From NCBI GenBank assembly GCA_951812955.1, contig OX638340.1, positions 1,312,001 through 1,376,000 on the forward strand: a stretch of DNA of 64,000 bases. The letters run 5' to 3'. This DNA is from an uncultured Gemmatimonadota bacterium. Its GTDB lineage: Bacteria > JAAXHH01. Within the stretch, counting starts at the first letter, position 1. Every line of letters begins with the position of its first letter. Position numbers and translations under genes: made by a program. Below are positions 18,847 through 29,377 of this stretch, piece after piece. The notes beneath the pieces are model-generated. The model was not told the origin of the DNA, made no database searches, and saw nothing but the letters and a program-made list of their open reading frames with translations.

Positions 18847-19746
18847 ATGCCGCGCATCGATGCCCATGGTCACGTATTCGCAAAAGTTTCACGCGAATTT
18901 CCGCGGGAAACCGGCGGAAACACGCCGGCGGATCGGGAAGAATCGGTCGAGAAGCTGATGACCTACATGGCCGCAAGCGATATCGGCCAGGCCATGCTCG
19001 TTCAGATGGGTGGCGCGACGGCGGCACATCACGCCTACGTGCTCCACTGCCTCAGGACCTACCCCGACCGCTTCCTCGGCATCGGGCTCATCCCGGAAGA
19101 CCTCGTCGCATCACCAGAGGAGCACATGGACCGCCTGACGGACGGAACGGGCATCGTGGGCTTCCGGCTCGGACTGGTCGGCGGACCCAGGGATCCCTTC
19201 GATGACGTGGACGTACGCACCTTCCTGACCTACCGGATCTGGAAACACGCGGCGGAGAAGGACCTCGTCCTCTGGCTGTACGTACGCGCCGCGGACGCCC
19301 ACCTGATCGCCTATCTCGTCGACGCCTTTCCCCAGGTCCGTGTCGTACTCAACCACCTGGGCATCTGTCCCGGCGAAGGCAAGGGGCGCCACGACCAGTG
19401 GGGCCGGCCGCAGATCGACATTGCGTCATACAACCCGGCGTTTCACACCACCCACCGCCTGAGTACCTACGAGAATGTGACCATGAAACTGTCCGGGCAC
19501 TACGCCTTCAGCAAGAAACCGTACCCCTATGAGGACCTGGCGGGATGGCACAGGGCGGCGCTCAATTCCTTCGGGGCTGACCGGCTCATGTGGGCGACGG
19601 ACTTTCCCTGGATCTACGAGGAACCGGGATACGACAAACTGGTGGACCTCGTGGAAAAACTCACGCCCGATATCATGCCGCACGAATACGAGGCGGTCAT
19701 GGGCGGAACGGCCAGGCGGTTTCTTCGTTTTCCGGACCTGAAATAA
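18847..19746 (+). CDS. amidohydrolase-2 family metal-dependent hydrolase (TIM barrel)
   Basis: N-terminal IDAHGHVF motif and C-terminal WATDFPW motif. Confidence 0.8.
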   Translation: MPRIDAHGHVFAKVSREFPRETGGNTPADREESVEKLMTYMAASDIGQAMLVQMGGATAAHHAYVLHCLRTYPDRFLGIGLIPEDLVASPEEHMDRLTDGTGIVGFRLGLVGGPRDPFDDVDVRTFLTYRIWKHAAEKDLVLWLYVRAADAHLIAYLVDAFPQVRVVLNHLGICPGEGKGRHDQWGRPQIDIASYNPAFHTTHRLSTYENVTMKLSGHYAFSKKPYPYEDLAGWHRAALNSFGADRLMWATDFPWIYEEPGYDKLVDLVEKLTPDIMPHEYEAVMGGTARRFLRFPDLK

Positions 19747-19816
19747 TGCATCCCGCATCTGAATGAAGTGATGCATTTCGCATCCGTAAGAGTCTACGCC
19801 CCGATCGGAGACAGAT

Positions 19817-20902
19817 ATGAGCGAAGACCAGCATGGTTTACTGACCAGCGAGCACATCCAGGGCCTGGTTCAACGGATGGGAGAAGCCGCCGTCGATTTT
19901 ACGGCCGTCCTGGCCACGGACCAGCGGACGAAAGCGCTCTTCCCCTTCGAAGACGACGACGCACGCACCTTCTGGGACTACGTGCCCCTGGCGAGAAAAG
20001 GCCTTCCGCTTGGGGAAATGGAACGGGGACAACGGCGCCGGGCACTGCAACTCGTGGCCACGGGGCTGAGTGGTACGGGTTATGCCACTACGACGACCAT
20101 CATGGGCCTGGAAGCGACGCTGGATGCCCGGGAGGGGTGGTCATCGGGCAACTGGCGGGATCCTTCCGACTACTACGTGTCCATATTCGGCACGCCATCG
20201 GACCGTGACCCCTGGGGATGGAAATTCGAGGGACACCACGTTTCCATCAACTATACGATCGCCGGGGGACGGATCGTCGCGCCTACGCCCTTCTTCTTCG
20301 GGGCAAATCCTGCGTCGGCGGCCCTCAACGGGGTAGGATACCTCCGGCCCCTGGGCAACGTGGAAGACCTGGCGCGGGAACTGGTACGCGCCTTGGACGA
20401 GGACCAACGGCACAACGCGCTGATCGCGTCCGTTCCGCCCGGGGACATCGTCACGGTGAATCAGAGGTATATACAGGAGAACAGGGAGAAGCCGGACCGG
20501 CTGGCCCGAACGGAGGTGCCTTACGATTCGGTGCGGTACACGGAGACGCCCCGTGGCCTTTCCGGGGCGGGCATGAATGACGGACAGCGGGAGATACTGG
20601 AGGCCCTCATAGGCGAGTACATTCACCGCATGCCCGACGCCGTTGCCGAGATCGAGTCCGATCTGCTGCGTAGAAACGGCGTGGGCGACGTCCACCTGGC
20701 ATGGGCAGGCGGCCTGGAATCCCGGCAACCCCATTACTACCGCCTGCAGGGCGGACGATTCCTGGTGGAATACGACAACGTCCAGAACGACGCCAACCAC
20801 GTGCACACGGTCTGGCGCAACCCGACGAACGACTTCGGCGCGGATCTGCTCACCCACCATTACCACACCGCGCACAACCACGGCGTGGAACACCGGCACT
20901 GA
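19817..20902 (+). CDS. DUF3500-like protein of unknown function
   Basis: The FEGHHVSINYT motif and overall length recall DUF3500. This is from memory only. Confidence 0.55.
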   Translation: MSEDQHGLLTSEHIQGLVQRMGEAAVDFTAVLATDQRTKALFPFEDDDARTFWDYVPLARKGLPLGEMERGQRRRALQLVATGLSGTGYATTTTIMGLEATLDAREGWSSGNWRDPSDYYVSIFGTPSDRDPWGWKFEGHHVSINYTIAGGRIVAPTPFFFGANPASAALNGVGYLRPLGNVEDLARELVRALDEDQRHNALIASVPPGDIVTVNQRYIQENREKPDRLARTEVPYDSVRYTETPRGLSGAGMNDGQREILEALIGEYIHRMPDAVAEIESDLLRRNGVGDVHLAWAGGLESRQPHYYRLQGGRFLVEYDNVQNDANHVHTVWRNPTNDFGADLLTHHYHTAHNHGVEHRH

Positions 20903-21011
20903 GCGGCCGGCCGCGGCCGGGATGGTATGCTCAGAGATAGGGCGTGCTGCGATCCGGACCGTTAGCGCCGCGCTTCGGAACGACGGCGCCGCGCTTCGGA
21001 ACGACTATGAA

Positions 21012-21959
21012 TCAGTAACCCTTGCGTTTGTCGATGACGCTCACCAGCGGAAGCCCATCCCGGTAACGCCGCAGATTCTCGCAGAACAGGGCCACGCACC
21101 GTCCGTCCCGATTGGGAGATCCTCCGGCCGTATGGGGCGTGATTACCACGTTGTCCATCTTCCACAGCGGGTGGTCTTCGGGTAAAGGTTCCTGTGGTAC
21201 CACGTCCAGACCTGCGCCGCCGATCTGGTTCCCTTCGAGCGCATCCAGCAGAGCCGCCTCGTCGACTATCCTGCCCCTGGTGACGTTGATCAACAACGCG
21301 TGATGCCGCATGCGGGCGAAGGCCGTCCGATCGAACAGCCCCTCGGTTTCCGCCGTCAACGGCGCGCAGATGGCCACGACATCGGACTGTTCCAGGAGCG
21401 CGTGGAACCGATCCATGCCCCAGCAGGCTTCAACTTCGGACGGCACTTCGACGTCCTCCGGATCCACGGCGACGACCCGCATGCCGAAAGCTGCCGCCCG
21501 CCTTGCCAGTTCGCGTCCGGTGCCGCCCAGCCCCACGATCCCCATCGTCCGGTCGACCAGCTCCCACGAGGCATCGCGAATGGGCCAACGGATATTATCC
21601 CAGCCCTGGTTTCGAAGCGCGGTGTGTATACCGCGGGTTAATGCAAGCAACAGCGCCATCCCGTGGTCGGCCAGATGTACACCCACCGTGCCCTTCGCAC
21701 TACACAGTACTACGTCGCTCTCCACCAGTTCGGGATAGAGCAGTCCGTCCACCCCGGCACCCCAGCTCTGGATCCACGCGAGCTTATCCCGACGCGCGAA
21801 AAGGGCACGCGTAATCTCGCCGCAGACTACTTCGATGCCGGGCATGACTTCCGCGGCTTCTTCTTCCGAATCCGTGCGTACCACCTGTACATTCTCGTCA
21901 ACCCGGCGGATTTCATCGACGAGGGGTTCGATCAGATTCATCCTGAGCAAAACGTTCAT
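21012..21959 (-). CDS. D-isomer-specific 2-hydroxyacid dehydrogenase, NAD-binding
   Basis: GIVGLGGTGRELARR Rossmann motif, plus the catalytic region LINVTRGRIVDE...ITPHTAG. Confidence 0.85.
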   Translation of the reverse strand: MNVLLRMNLIEPLVDEIRRVDENVQVVRTDSEEEAAEVMPGIEVVCGEITRALFARRDKLAWIQSWGAGVDGLLYPELVESDVVLCSAKGTVGVHLADHGMALLLALTRGIHTALRNQGWDNIRWPIRDASWELVDRTMGIVGLGGTGRELARRAAAFGMRVVAVDPEDVEVPSEVEACWGMDRFHALLEQSDVVAICAPLTAETEGLFDRTAFARMRHHALLINVTRGRIVDEAALLDALEGNQIGGAGLDVVPQEPLPEDHPLWKMDNVVITPHTAGGSPNRDGRCVALFCENLRRYRDGLPLVSVIDKRKGY

Positions 21960-22005
21960 CGTTGTACCTCGAGGTAGACGGACCTAAGGCGCGTTTCTTG
22001 AGGTC

Positions 22006-23124
22006 TCAGGTGCGTTTCTTGAGATAAGCAGCGCCGAGCCGGGCGATTTCTAAGGCGGTTTTTCCGCTTTTGTTCAGCACGGTCCCGTCCGCGCCCTCGG
22101 CGAGCAGGACCTCCGCGGCTTTGGCATGCCCTTCGTACGTGGCCCTGTGTAGGGGTGTGCGGCCCTTTCGATCCTGGGCATCCAGGTCCGCTCCGGCCTG
22201 TGTGAGTAGTTTCACGGAATCCGACCGGCCACTTTCCGCCGCCAGGTGCAAGGGCGTTCGGTGCGCCTTGTTCCGGGCGTCCACCTCGGCGCCATGGTCC
22301 AGCAGCAGCTTAGCGCACTCAACTGAACCTGCCCGGCACGCCCAGTGCAGCGGGGTCATCCCGTAAACGCCAATTTCCCTGGCCATCGCCGGATTTGTGG
22401 ACAAAAGTTCCAGGACCCGGGTTACGTCATTCAGTCCCGCCGCCGCATAGGCGTCGTATACCGCGCCGTCCTCGATCAACAAGCGGGCGACTTCCCGCTT
22501 ACCTTCGTTCCGGCGTGCGTCGTCTCCACCCCACCTGCCAGGCGCCACAGCCTCGTGCAGGGCCGTCTCACCTCGCTCCCCGTTGCCCGTGATAGGCAGT
22601 TCGTGATGCACGGAGGCACCATTGTCGATCAGGAGTCCGGCGACTTCAGGAAACCCGCCCCAGGCGGCCCAGTACATGAGGGAAAGGTTCGCGGGCCAGC
22701 CCGTGTGGGGCTTTGCGATGGACACCGGGGTGGCGTCCGCCGCACCCGCGGCGAAAACGGCTTCAAGGGTGTCCACTGAACCCGCCCAGGCCGCTTCGTG
22801 CAGGACGTTGTAGGAGGTCGTGTCGATGCTTAAAACAATTCCGCGATCGAGGAGAAACGATACCGCCTCTCCACAGCCGCGCATGCCAACGGCTACGGTA
22901 AGCAGGCTGGAACCGATGCGATCGAGAACGGCCGGATGTTTCGCGTGGATTTCCGCCATCATCGGCAGGTCCGGCTGTCCATCCCAACGATCCGATGCCT
23001 GACCGATAGCCGCTTCGATGAAGCGCCCTTCCGCTTGCGTGACGTCCGGCAACTGTTCTTCACGAAGAAACCAGTTTTGTCGGAACAACCGGATTGCGGG
23101 ACTGTCGAGCACCGCGCCTCCCAT
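22006..23124 (-). CDS. ankyrin-repeat protein
   Basis: Multiple 33-aa repeats of the form TPLHxAxxxGxxxxxxLLLxxGAxxxA. Confidence 0.85.
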   Translation of the reverse strand: MGGAVLDSPAIRLFRQNWFLREEQLPDVTQAEGRFIEAAIGQASDRWDGQPDLPMMAEIHAKHPAVLDRIGSSLLTVAVGMRGCGEAVSFLLDRGIVLSIDTTSYNVLHEAAWAGSVDTLEAVFAAGAADATPVSIAKPHTGWPANLSLMYWAAWGGFPEVAGLLIDNGASVHHELPITGNGERGETALHEAVAPGRWGGDDARRNEGKREVARLLIEDGAVYDAYAAAGLNDVTRVLELLSTNPAMAREIGVYGMTPLHWACRAGSVECAKLLLDHGAEVDARNKAHRTPLHLAAESGRSDSVKLLTQAGADLDAQDRKGRTPLHRATYEGHAKAAEVLLAEGADGTVLNKSGKTALEIARLGAAYLKKRT

Positions 23125-23141
23125 TGGCTCGAGACCAGGCG

Positions 23142-23777
23142 CTATTCGAGCAGATCGGCGCCGCCGTCATCCATTTTCTCGGGCTGGCGCCAGTACCGGT
23201 ACTGCGGGGTCCATTCCGCTTCGCCCAGGCCCGCGAGCCCCAGCAGGTTCCAGTGCGAGCAGTACAGGTCGCCGGGACCGAATACGCAGCTGTTCTTCCG
23301 GAGTACCTGGTCGTCCTTACGTTCGTAGACCACGGCGCCGGGCATGTTCTCCACGCCTTCCATCACCGTCTGCTCCACGATGTAGTCGCCGCCTTCGTGG
23401 GAAGCGAGGCGAAAGCGCCAGTTTCTCGAATTTGCGAAATCACGCTGCAAGGCTGGGGGATCGCCGGAAAGGAGCACGACGGACATGGCGTCCTCGAGAT
23501 GGGCAAGCATGCCGTTGAATCCGTCCGCCCAGAGCGTACAGTATCGGCAGCCCTGTCCCATGTTGTGGATGGCCAGCAGGCGATCGCGGCCGGCGAACAG
23601 GTCGAGCAGGGAGACTTCCCCGGTCAGGGTGGCGAACCGGTAATCGGGAACCGGCCGCGGATCGTTGTCTCGCCGCAACGCATTCAACTTCGCGGTGAGC
23701 TCGTATATCTGCCGTTCGAGGGCGACGATGTCCTGGTCAGCCTGGTCAGCCTGGTCAGCCTGGTCAGACATGCTCAT
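23142..23777 (-). CDS. DUF899 thioredoxin-like family protein
   Basis: The pattern LLDLFAGRDRLLAIHNMGQGCRYCTLWADGFNG is typical of DUF899. The N-terminus carries a 9-bp x4 repeat encoding DQADQADQADQ. Confidence 0.7.
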   Translation of the reverse strand: MSMSDQADQADQADQDIVALERQIYELTAKLNALRRDNDPRPVPDYRFATLTGEVSLLDLFAGRDRLLAIHNMGQGCRYCTLWADGFNGMLAHLEDAMSVVLLSGDPPALQRDFANSRNWRFRLASHEGGDYIVEQTVMEGVENMPGAVVYERKDDQVLRKNSCVFGPGDLYCSHWNLLGLAGLGEAEWTPQYRYWRQPEKMDDGGADLLE

Positions 23778-23831
23778 GCCTTTCGCGAGTCGGAGGGCGT
23801 CTCGATTGCCATCCGGAGTGGTTTACTGTCG

Positions 23832-24926
23832 TCAGAACCGGTCGATGACCGTCACGCCCGTCTGGCTGAAACGGCCCATGGCTTCCAGCTCCGCGCCGGC
23901 TTCTTCGAGGGCGACCGTCCTGCCGACCAGTTTTCCGGGCCGAAGCACGCCGGAGGTGATCATGCGTAGCAGGTCGGCGTACCGGTGGGCCGGCATACCG
24001 TGGCTGCCCACGATTTCGAGTTCTTTCGCGATTACGGCGTTCATCGGGATCGAGACGTCGGCCTCGTCCGCCAGAGTAAGGCCGATCTGCACGTGACGGC
24101 CGCGTTTCCGAAGGCACCGGATGGAGTTTCGGCTGGTAACCTGGCTGCCAAGGGCATCGATCGAGACCAGGGCGCCGCCGCCCGTCATTTCCCGAATCTC
24201 CCTGACTACATCCGGATTCGTCCTGGCATTAACCGTCATGCGTGCGCCGAAATCGCTGGCCAGTTGCAGACGGTCGTCATCGATGTCCACGGCAATCACC
24301 GTGGCCCCCAGGGCCGCCGCGATCATCGTCGCCGACAGGCCCACGCCACCGCATCCGTGGATGGCCACGCAGTCGCCTCCGGTCACCCGGCCCTGGTCCA
24401 CCACGCCGCGGAAAGCCGTCATGAACCGGCATCCCAGGCTCGCCGCTTCTACGAAGTCCAGCTCATCCGGCAAACCCACTAGATTCACGTCGGCGTACGG
24501 CATGGCCACATATTGGGCGAAAGCTCCCCATCCGGAGAATCCAGGCTGGTATTCATCATCACAGATGTGGTGATTGCCGGCCAGGCACTGCGTACAGACG
24601 CCGCATCCGCTACTAAAGGGGACGGTCACCCGGTCCCCGATCTGCCAGTTCCGAACCAGGCCGCCCTTTTCGACAACAACGCCGGCGAATTCGTGGCCCG
24701 GCACGTGGGGCAGCTGGATCGACGTGTCGTGTCCCATCCATCCGTGCCAGTCGCTTCGGCAGATCCCGTTGGCCCGCACCTCGATCACGACACCGTCCGC
24801 CGACGGTACGGGATCGGAGACTTCCCGCACCTCGAGCGACTTTCCGAAGGCGTCCATTACGGCGGCTTTCATCAGGCTATCCAAAGGTTTGGCGGGAGCT
24901 TCGGTGACCACGGGGCTACCGGACAC
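23832..24926 (-). CDS. zinc-dependent alcohol dehydrogenase family protein
   Basis: GICRSDWH, PGHEFAGVV and a GCGGVG Rossmann motif. Confidence 0.85.
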   Translation of the reverse strand: MSGSPVVTEAPAKPLDSLMKAAVMDAFGKSLEVREVSDPVPSADGVVIEVRANGICRSDWHGWMGHDTSIQLPHVPGHEFAGVVVEKGGLVRNWQIGDRVTVPFSSGCGVCTQCLAGNHHICDDEYQPGFSGWGAFAQYVAMPYADVNLVGLPDELDFVEAASLGCRFMTAFRGVVDQGRVTGGDCVAIHGCGGVGLSATMIAAALGATVIAVDIDDDRLQLASDFGARMTVNARTNPDVVREIREMTGGGALVSIDALGSQVTSRNSIRCLRKRGRHVQIGLTLADEADVSIPMNAVIAKELEIVGSHGMPAHRYADLLRMITSGVLRPGKLVGRTVALEEAGAELEAMGRFSQTGVTVIDRF

Positions 24927-24977
24927 GCCCGCCTCGTGATCCGGGGATTGGCCATGAAACCTGAATGACAGGGGATC

Positions 24978-25802
24978 CTAGAGGCGCCAGACCACCAGGA
25001 ACTGAACGGTGTTCTCGTCCTCGTCCGTGCCGATTTTGTTTCTCCAGTACTGGTATTCCAGTCCAACCATTAGCTGGTTGGGCTCGTTGGCCACGGCCCG
25101 GCCGAGATCCCAGACGAACTGAGGCTGTGCAAGGATCGATCCGTCGTACCGGCCCCCGAGTTCATTGGACCTGCTCCCGATATACTCCGCATGACCCATG
25201 ATCGCGAAGGATTGACTACCCATTTCGAAAGGCGCGGCCCAGTTTACGTCGAACATGAAGCTGTGGCCTTCCTTCGGCGCGCCGCCCTTATCCACGCCGA
25301 AGCTCCGGTCGATATAGGCGGTGAGGTCGGTGTTCAGGAACAGGAATCCCGGGATATCCCAGGATGCCCTGAATCCGGGCAGAAACTTGAGCATCTTCGC
25401 GTCACCGCCAACATTGACTCCAGCTATGATCGCCAGATCGGAAATGAGCCCCAGGCTGGCGCCGGACTGTTGCAGTTTGCCGATACTGAGCGTCGGATAC
25501 CACTCTCCGTAGAAATCGCGGTCGTTGAATCCGTCTCTCTCCTGGTCGACGGTGTAATTGATAAAGTAGAAACTGTCTCCAAGCTTCCAACGGGACGCCT
25601 GCAGCACGGCGAGCACCAGGGACGTCACGTTTTTTTGCGCGAATGGGTTTCTGAGTTTTCCGACCTTCAGTTGGAAATCAGTCTGGGCGGAGGCCGTTGA
25701 GGTTACGGCCGTTATCATCAGGGTCAATACCGCGATTCGCCGGACGAGCCGAACGAGCAGGACGAGCCGGACGTTGCATAGGGCTGAAAACTTCATTTCC
25801 AT
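24978..25802 (-). CDS. Tsx/OmpK-like outer-membrane channel (putative)
   Basis: Signal peptide ending TASAQ, beta-rich sequence, FYGEWYPTLS and LEYQYWRNK motifs, and a C-terminal VVWRL. The family assignment is tentative. Confidence 0.5.
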   Translation of the reverse strand: MEMKFSALCNVRLVLLVRLVRRIAVLTLMITAVTSTASAQTDFQLKVGKLRNPFAQKNVTSLVLAVLQASRWKLGDSFYFINYTVDQERDGFNDRDFYGEWYPTLSIGKLQQSGASLGLISDLAIIAGVNVGGDAKMLKFLPGFRASWDIPGFLFLNTDLTAYIDRSFGVDKGGAPKEGHSFMFDVNWAAPFEMGSQSFAIMGHAEYIGSRSNELGGRYDGSILAQPQFVWDLGRAVANEPNQLMVGLEYQYWRNKIGTDEDENTVQFLVVWRL

Positions 25803-25872
25803 GACCTTGTCCCGGAGAGAGTCCGCCCCCCGTACCATTCGTGTGTTGCCGCGCAAAAAGGACCGAGCTTAC

Positions 25873-26748
25873 TCATTCTCCCCAGCGGTCGGGGTTTATC
25901 CCAGGCGCTTCGCTCTTCATCCCCTTCGGCTTGTGCGGTTGCTGCCATTCCAGGCCCGTGGTGTTCAGGCTCTGCAGGAAGGGTCTGGCCTGCGCCGGCG
26001 CGGAGGCCACGTCCCGGGGGTCCCACTCCTCCATGGGCTGTACGGGTCCCGACCAGGCCGGCCGGTAACCGAACTGGATTAGCTCCCGGGGTACCGTATC
26101 GCGGTTGGGATGGGTACCGTGGAAAACGTCCTTGGGAATCACCAGGGCCGATCCGGCTTTCGCGCACAGGGTCACCTCCTGGGGATGGGACTTGTAGCGT
26201 ACGTAGGGGTTGCCATGGGCGTGGAAGGACAGGTGCGATCGCGGTAAGACACGGAACGGCGCCCTTTCCGGCGGCAGATCGTCCAGATAGTACAGCACGC
26301 GCACCAGCCGCGGTGAACTGCCCTCGTAACTGAAAATGGAGGAGCCGTACGGCTGGCCGTCCGTATGCATGGAAATGGGCGGCGACCCCGAGAGGGTCCG
26401 CGTGAAGAGGCCTCGCGTAAACACGATGTCGGGGCCCATCAGCGCCTCGAGAAACTCGACCATGGGCGGATGGCCGATCAATGCGCACGTGGCCGGACTT
26501 TGCCACTGGGCTTCGAGACAATAGGTCTGGCAGTCGCTGTAGTCCTTGCACTCCATGGGCACATCGGACAGTTCGGCTTTAAGATTAGCGATGTGATCGG
26601 CGTCGAGCATTTCAGGGAGCAGCACATAGCCCTCGACTTCCAGGTGATGGATGCGCTGGGCGGTGGTCAAGGACCCGAAATCCGTCTCGTCGACGTGCAT
26701 GAACCCGATCTCTTCACTCGGATCGATTTTAACCGTGGCGCTTTCCAT
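25873..26748 (-). CDS. phytanoyl-CoA dioxygenase (PhyH) family oxygenase
   Basis: The MHTD (HxD) motif and overall similarity to the other PhyH copies. The start is set at ATG 26748, preceded by AAGGAG. Confidence 0.75.
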   Translation of the reverse strand: MESATVKIDPSEEIGFMHVDETDFGSLTTAQRIHHLEVEGYVLLPEMLDADHIANLKAELSDVPMECKDYSDCQTYCLEAQWQSPATCALIGHPPMVEFLEALMGPDIVFTRGLFTRTLSGSPPISMHTDGQPYGSSIFSYEGSSPRLVRVLYYLDDLPPERAPFRVLPRSHLSFHAHGNPYVRYKSHPQEVTLCAKAGSALVIPKDVFHGTHPNRDTVPRELIQFGYRPAWSGPVQPMEEWDPRDVASAPAQARPFLQSLNTTGLEWQQPHKPKGMKSEAPGINPDRWGE

Positions 26749-26909
26749 GATGTGCTCCTTGACAGACGGCCATTGCTTATCCCGGTGTCTGAGAAAACTA
26801 AATGTAACACCAGGGTGTTTCAAGTGTTTTCCGCGTGTATTCCGCTAGTGGGGTTACGCCCCGCTCATGATTTGCCCGGATGCCGATTCGGCGCGCGAAC
26901 GTCCCTGAT

Positions 26910-28031
26910 TCACGCCGGCAGGGCGAAATGCCGGCGCACGAAATCCCAGGCCGGTGTCTTGTAATACCGGTGCCCGCCTTCACCAACGGCCAACTCGCAT
27001 TTTTCAGCGGCGCCGGCGACCGCGTAGACGGCCTTGAGCCGGTCGAATGCGGCATGGACCTCGTCGATGGGGAAGATGCGGTCGTACCGTCCCGCGATGG
27101 CGCAGAAGGGGCGGGGGGCGATCAAGCCGGCCACGTCGTACATTTCACCCATGCGCAGCATGCCGGGCACGTAGTTGCATTCGCAGTGGTGGATCGTCCC
27201 GATGCTTCCCACGAAGCTACAGAAATAACACCCGGGCATGGAAAGGGCGATCCGGGTATCGCAGGCCGAGGCGAATAGCGATATCGTACCGCCACCCGAG
27301 TTGCCCGTGATGGCTATACGATCAGCATCTATCGGCAGATGCGCTATCGCCCAGTCGATCAGGCGGGACGTGTCCCAAACGCGTTCGCCGATGGGCGTTC
27401 TCCCAAGCAGCAGATCGTGGACGAGCTGGTCGCGGCAGGAGTGCATTTTGTCGGCCTGGATGTCGTCCGCGGTGCGCGTTTCCCCGAAGGCCCGCGCGGT
27501 CGGCGCGATGACGATGTATCCTTCCTCCGCGGCCGCCTGCCGGGCAATATCGCGCTCACCCTCCATCATGTGCGCCTCTTCCGCTTCGTCCCGTGCAATA
27601 CCCACGTATATGCGCGGATGGTTGTGGCCGTGGGGCACGAGGACCAGTGGAAGCTTCCGGTCGCGGTCCGTCCCGTCCTCGCGTTCGTCCCTGTGCTTCA
27701 CGCCCTTCGGCAACAAGAGATAAAATGGCAATGGCACCGTCGGTTCGACCCAGAGATACCAGCGTTCCCTGACGTGACTGCCCAGATCGGTGGATTCGAG
27801 CCGCTCCGCCTTCGGCACGTAACCCGCCAGATCCGAAGCCATGTGGTCCAGGCCGAGGGCAACCCGCAGTTTCGGACGGAATGCGGCCTGCCAGGCCGAC
27901 AGTTCCTCCGGATCCGTCGCCCTGAAGGCATACTCTTTTGGAACGTTCTGGTACAGGATATTCAGGTGTTCTTCATTGTTATATGGCTTGAATGATCCGG
28001 CAGCATGCCTTTTAATCCGGGATTCCATCAT
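26910..28031 (-). CDS. alpha/beta hydrolase (acetyl-xylan-esterase / dienelactone-hydrolase-like)
   Basis: Nucleophile elbow ITGNSGGG, and a later H in GEGGHRY. Confidence 0.7.
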   Translation of the reverse strand: MMESRIKRHAAGSFKPYNNEEHLNILYQNVPKEYAFRATDPEELSAWQAAFRPKLRVALGLDHMASDLAGYVPKAERLESTDLGSHVRERWYLWVEPTVPLPFYLLLPKGVKHRDEREDGTDRDRKLPLVLVPHGHNHPRIYVGIARDEAEEAHMMEGERDIARQAAAEEGYIVIAPTARAFGETRTADDIQADKMHSCRDQLVHDLLLGRTPIGERVWDTSRLIDWAIAHLPIDADRIAITGNSGGGTISLFASACDTRIALSMPGCYFCSFVGSIGTIHHCECNYVPGMLRMGEMYDVAGLIAPRPFCAIAGRYDRIFPIDEVHAAFDRLKAVYAVAGAAEKCELAVGEGGHRYYKTPAWDFVRRHFALPA

Positions 28032-28146
28032 GAACTCCGTGTTGCATTGCGATGATCAGGTTTGACTGCGCGCATGGCACGCACCCGCCCGAATGCCTGT
28101 TTGTCAGACGAAAAGGATGATGTTCAGTCCCAAGGCGAACATAGTG

Positions 28147-29370
28147 CTAATGCGGAGCAACCTGCGACGTTCCGGTACGCAATCCGATTTCCCCCGGCGG
28201 ATCGCCGAGATCCGGTACCGGGAGCAGGACTCCTCCGCGGAGCGAGGATTCATGGGCTGCGAGCCCGGGAAGCATGTACCTGGCGGCGTCCCAGGCGTTG
28301 TTCGGAGGTAGCGTACCGTTGACGCAGGACATCACGAAATCGTCGACCAGGAACTGGTGGCTGCCCGCATGGCCGTTGGGCAGTCCGGCGAAAGCTTCCG
28401 GCAGCCGTTCCACGGGATGCACCTTGGAGACGCCCAGATGGGTGCCGTCGGAAGCGGTCACCTTGCGCATCGGATCGCTTCCCGGCACGGGCTGGCCGGA
28501 GCAGGCGAGCAAGTTGCCGAGGTGCTCCATGCGCTCCCCGTCCTTGCAGAGCCAGGCCGCGCCCGCGGCGGACTGTTCGAAGCCGCCTTCGGTGCCCTGC
28601 AGGCCCATGCGCACGCAGCCGGGATGACCCACGCGCCGGAATTCGTTGATGCGGCAGACACTCCCATCGGACATGCCGAACAGCGCACTCTGGTTGCTGA
28701 AGGGATTGCTCCAGTCGTTGGCCCCGTAAATCCCGTCCTCGCCTTTGTCTTCAAATCCCTGGCAGGACACCTGGGTCATGCGGGCGCCGGTGACGGATAC
28801 GATCTGGCTCGTGGAATGCGTCGGGTAGTACATGGGCGGTATGCCGGCTGTCTCCCGCCAGTGCTTGCCGCCCCGCCAGCGCGCCACTTCGTAAAGGCCG
28901 TGGTCCCAGTCATGGTAATATTCCGCCTGGCCGTAGACGATGCGGCCGAAGGCGCCCCGCGCGTACTGCTCCCGGCAATACAGTACGCCTGGATAATAGT
29001 AGCTGGTCTCACCGAGCATGTAGACGGCGCCCGAGGCCCCGGCAGCGGCCACCAGTTTTTCGATCTCGGCCACGCTGATCCCCGGTGGCACGGCCGAGTA
29101 CACGTGTTTCCCGGCCTCCAAAGCCTGGACGGCCTGCGGCCCGTGAAGCCAGTTCTGGGTAAACAGGCACACGGCGTCCACGCCGGTTTCACAGAGGGCC
29201 TCGAGGGAGGGGCAGGTGTCCCCGATCTGGAATCGGGCGGCCGAACGAGCCAGTTTTTCATCGTCCAGGTCGCACAATACCACCCGATCGACCTGCGGAT
29301 GCGCCTTGAACAAGGGGATGAAAGCCTGCGCGAACGCGCCGGTGCCAACGATACCGACCTGGAGTTCCAT
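28147..29370 (-). CDS. Gfo/Idh/MocA family oxidoreductase
   Basis: VGIVGTGAFAQ Rossmann motif. The start is set at ATG 29370 because the longer ORF overlaps the upstream gene. Confidence 0.8.
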   Translation of the reverse strand: MELQVGIVGTGAFAQAFIPLFKAHPQVDRVVLCDLDDEKLARSAARFQIGDTCPSLEALCETGVDAVCLFTQNWLHGPQAVQALEAGKHVYSAVPPGISVAEIEKLVAAAGASGAVYMLGETSYYYPGVLYCREQYARGAFGRIVYGQAEYYHDWDHGLYEVARWRGGKHWRETAGIPPMYYPTHSTSQIVSVTGARMTQVSCQGFEDKGEDGIYGANDWSNPFSNQSALFGMSDGSVCRINEFRRVGHPGCVRMGLQGTEGGFEQSAAGAAWLCKDGERMEHLGNLLACSGQPVPGSDPMRKVTASDGTHLGVSKVHPVERLPEAFAGLPNGHAGSHQFLVDDFVMSCVNGTLPPNNAWDAARYMLPGLAAHESSLRGGVLLPVPDLGDPPGEIGLRTGTSQVAPH

Positions 29371-29377
29371 GTTCACC

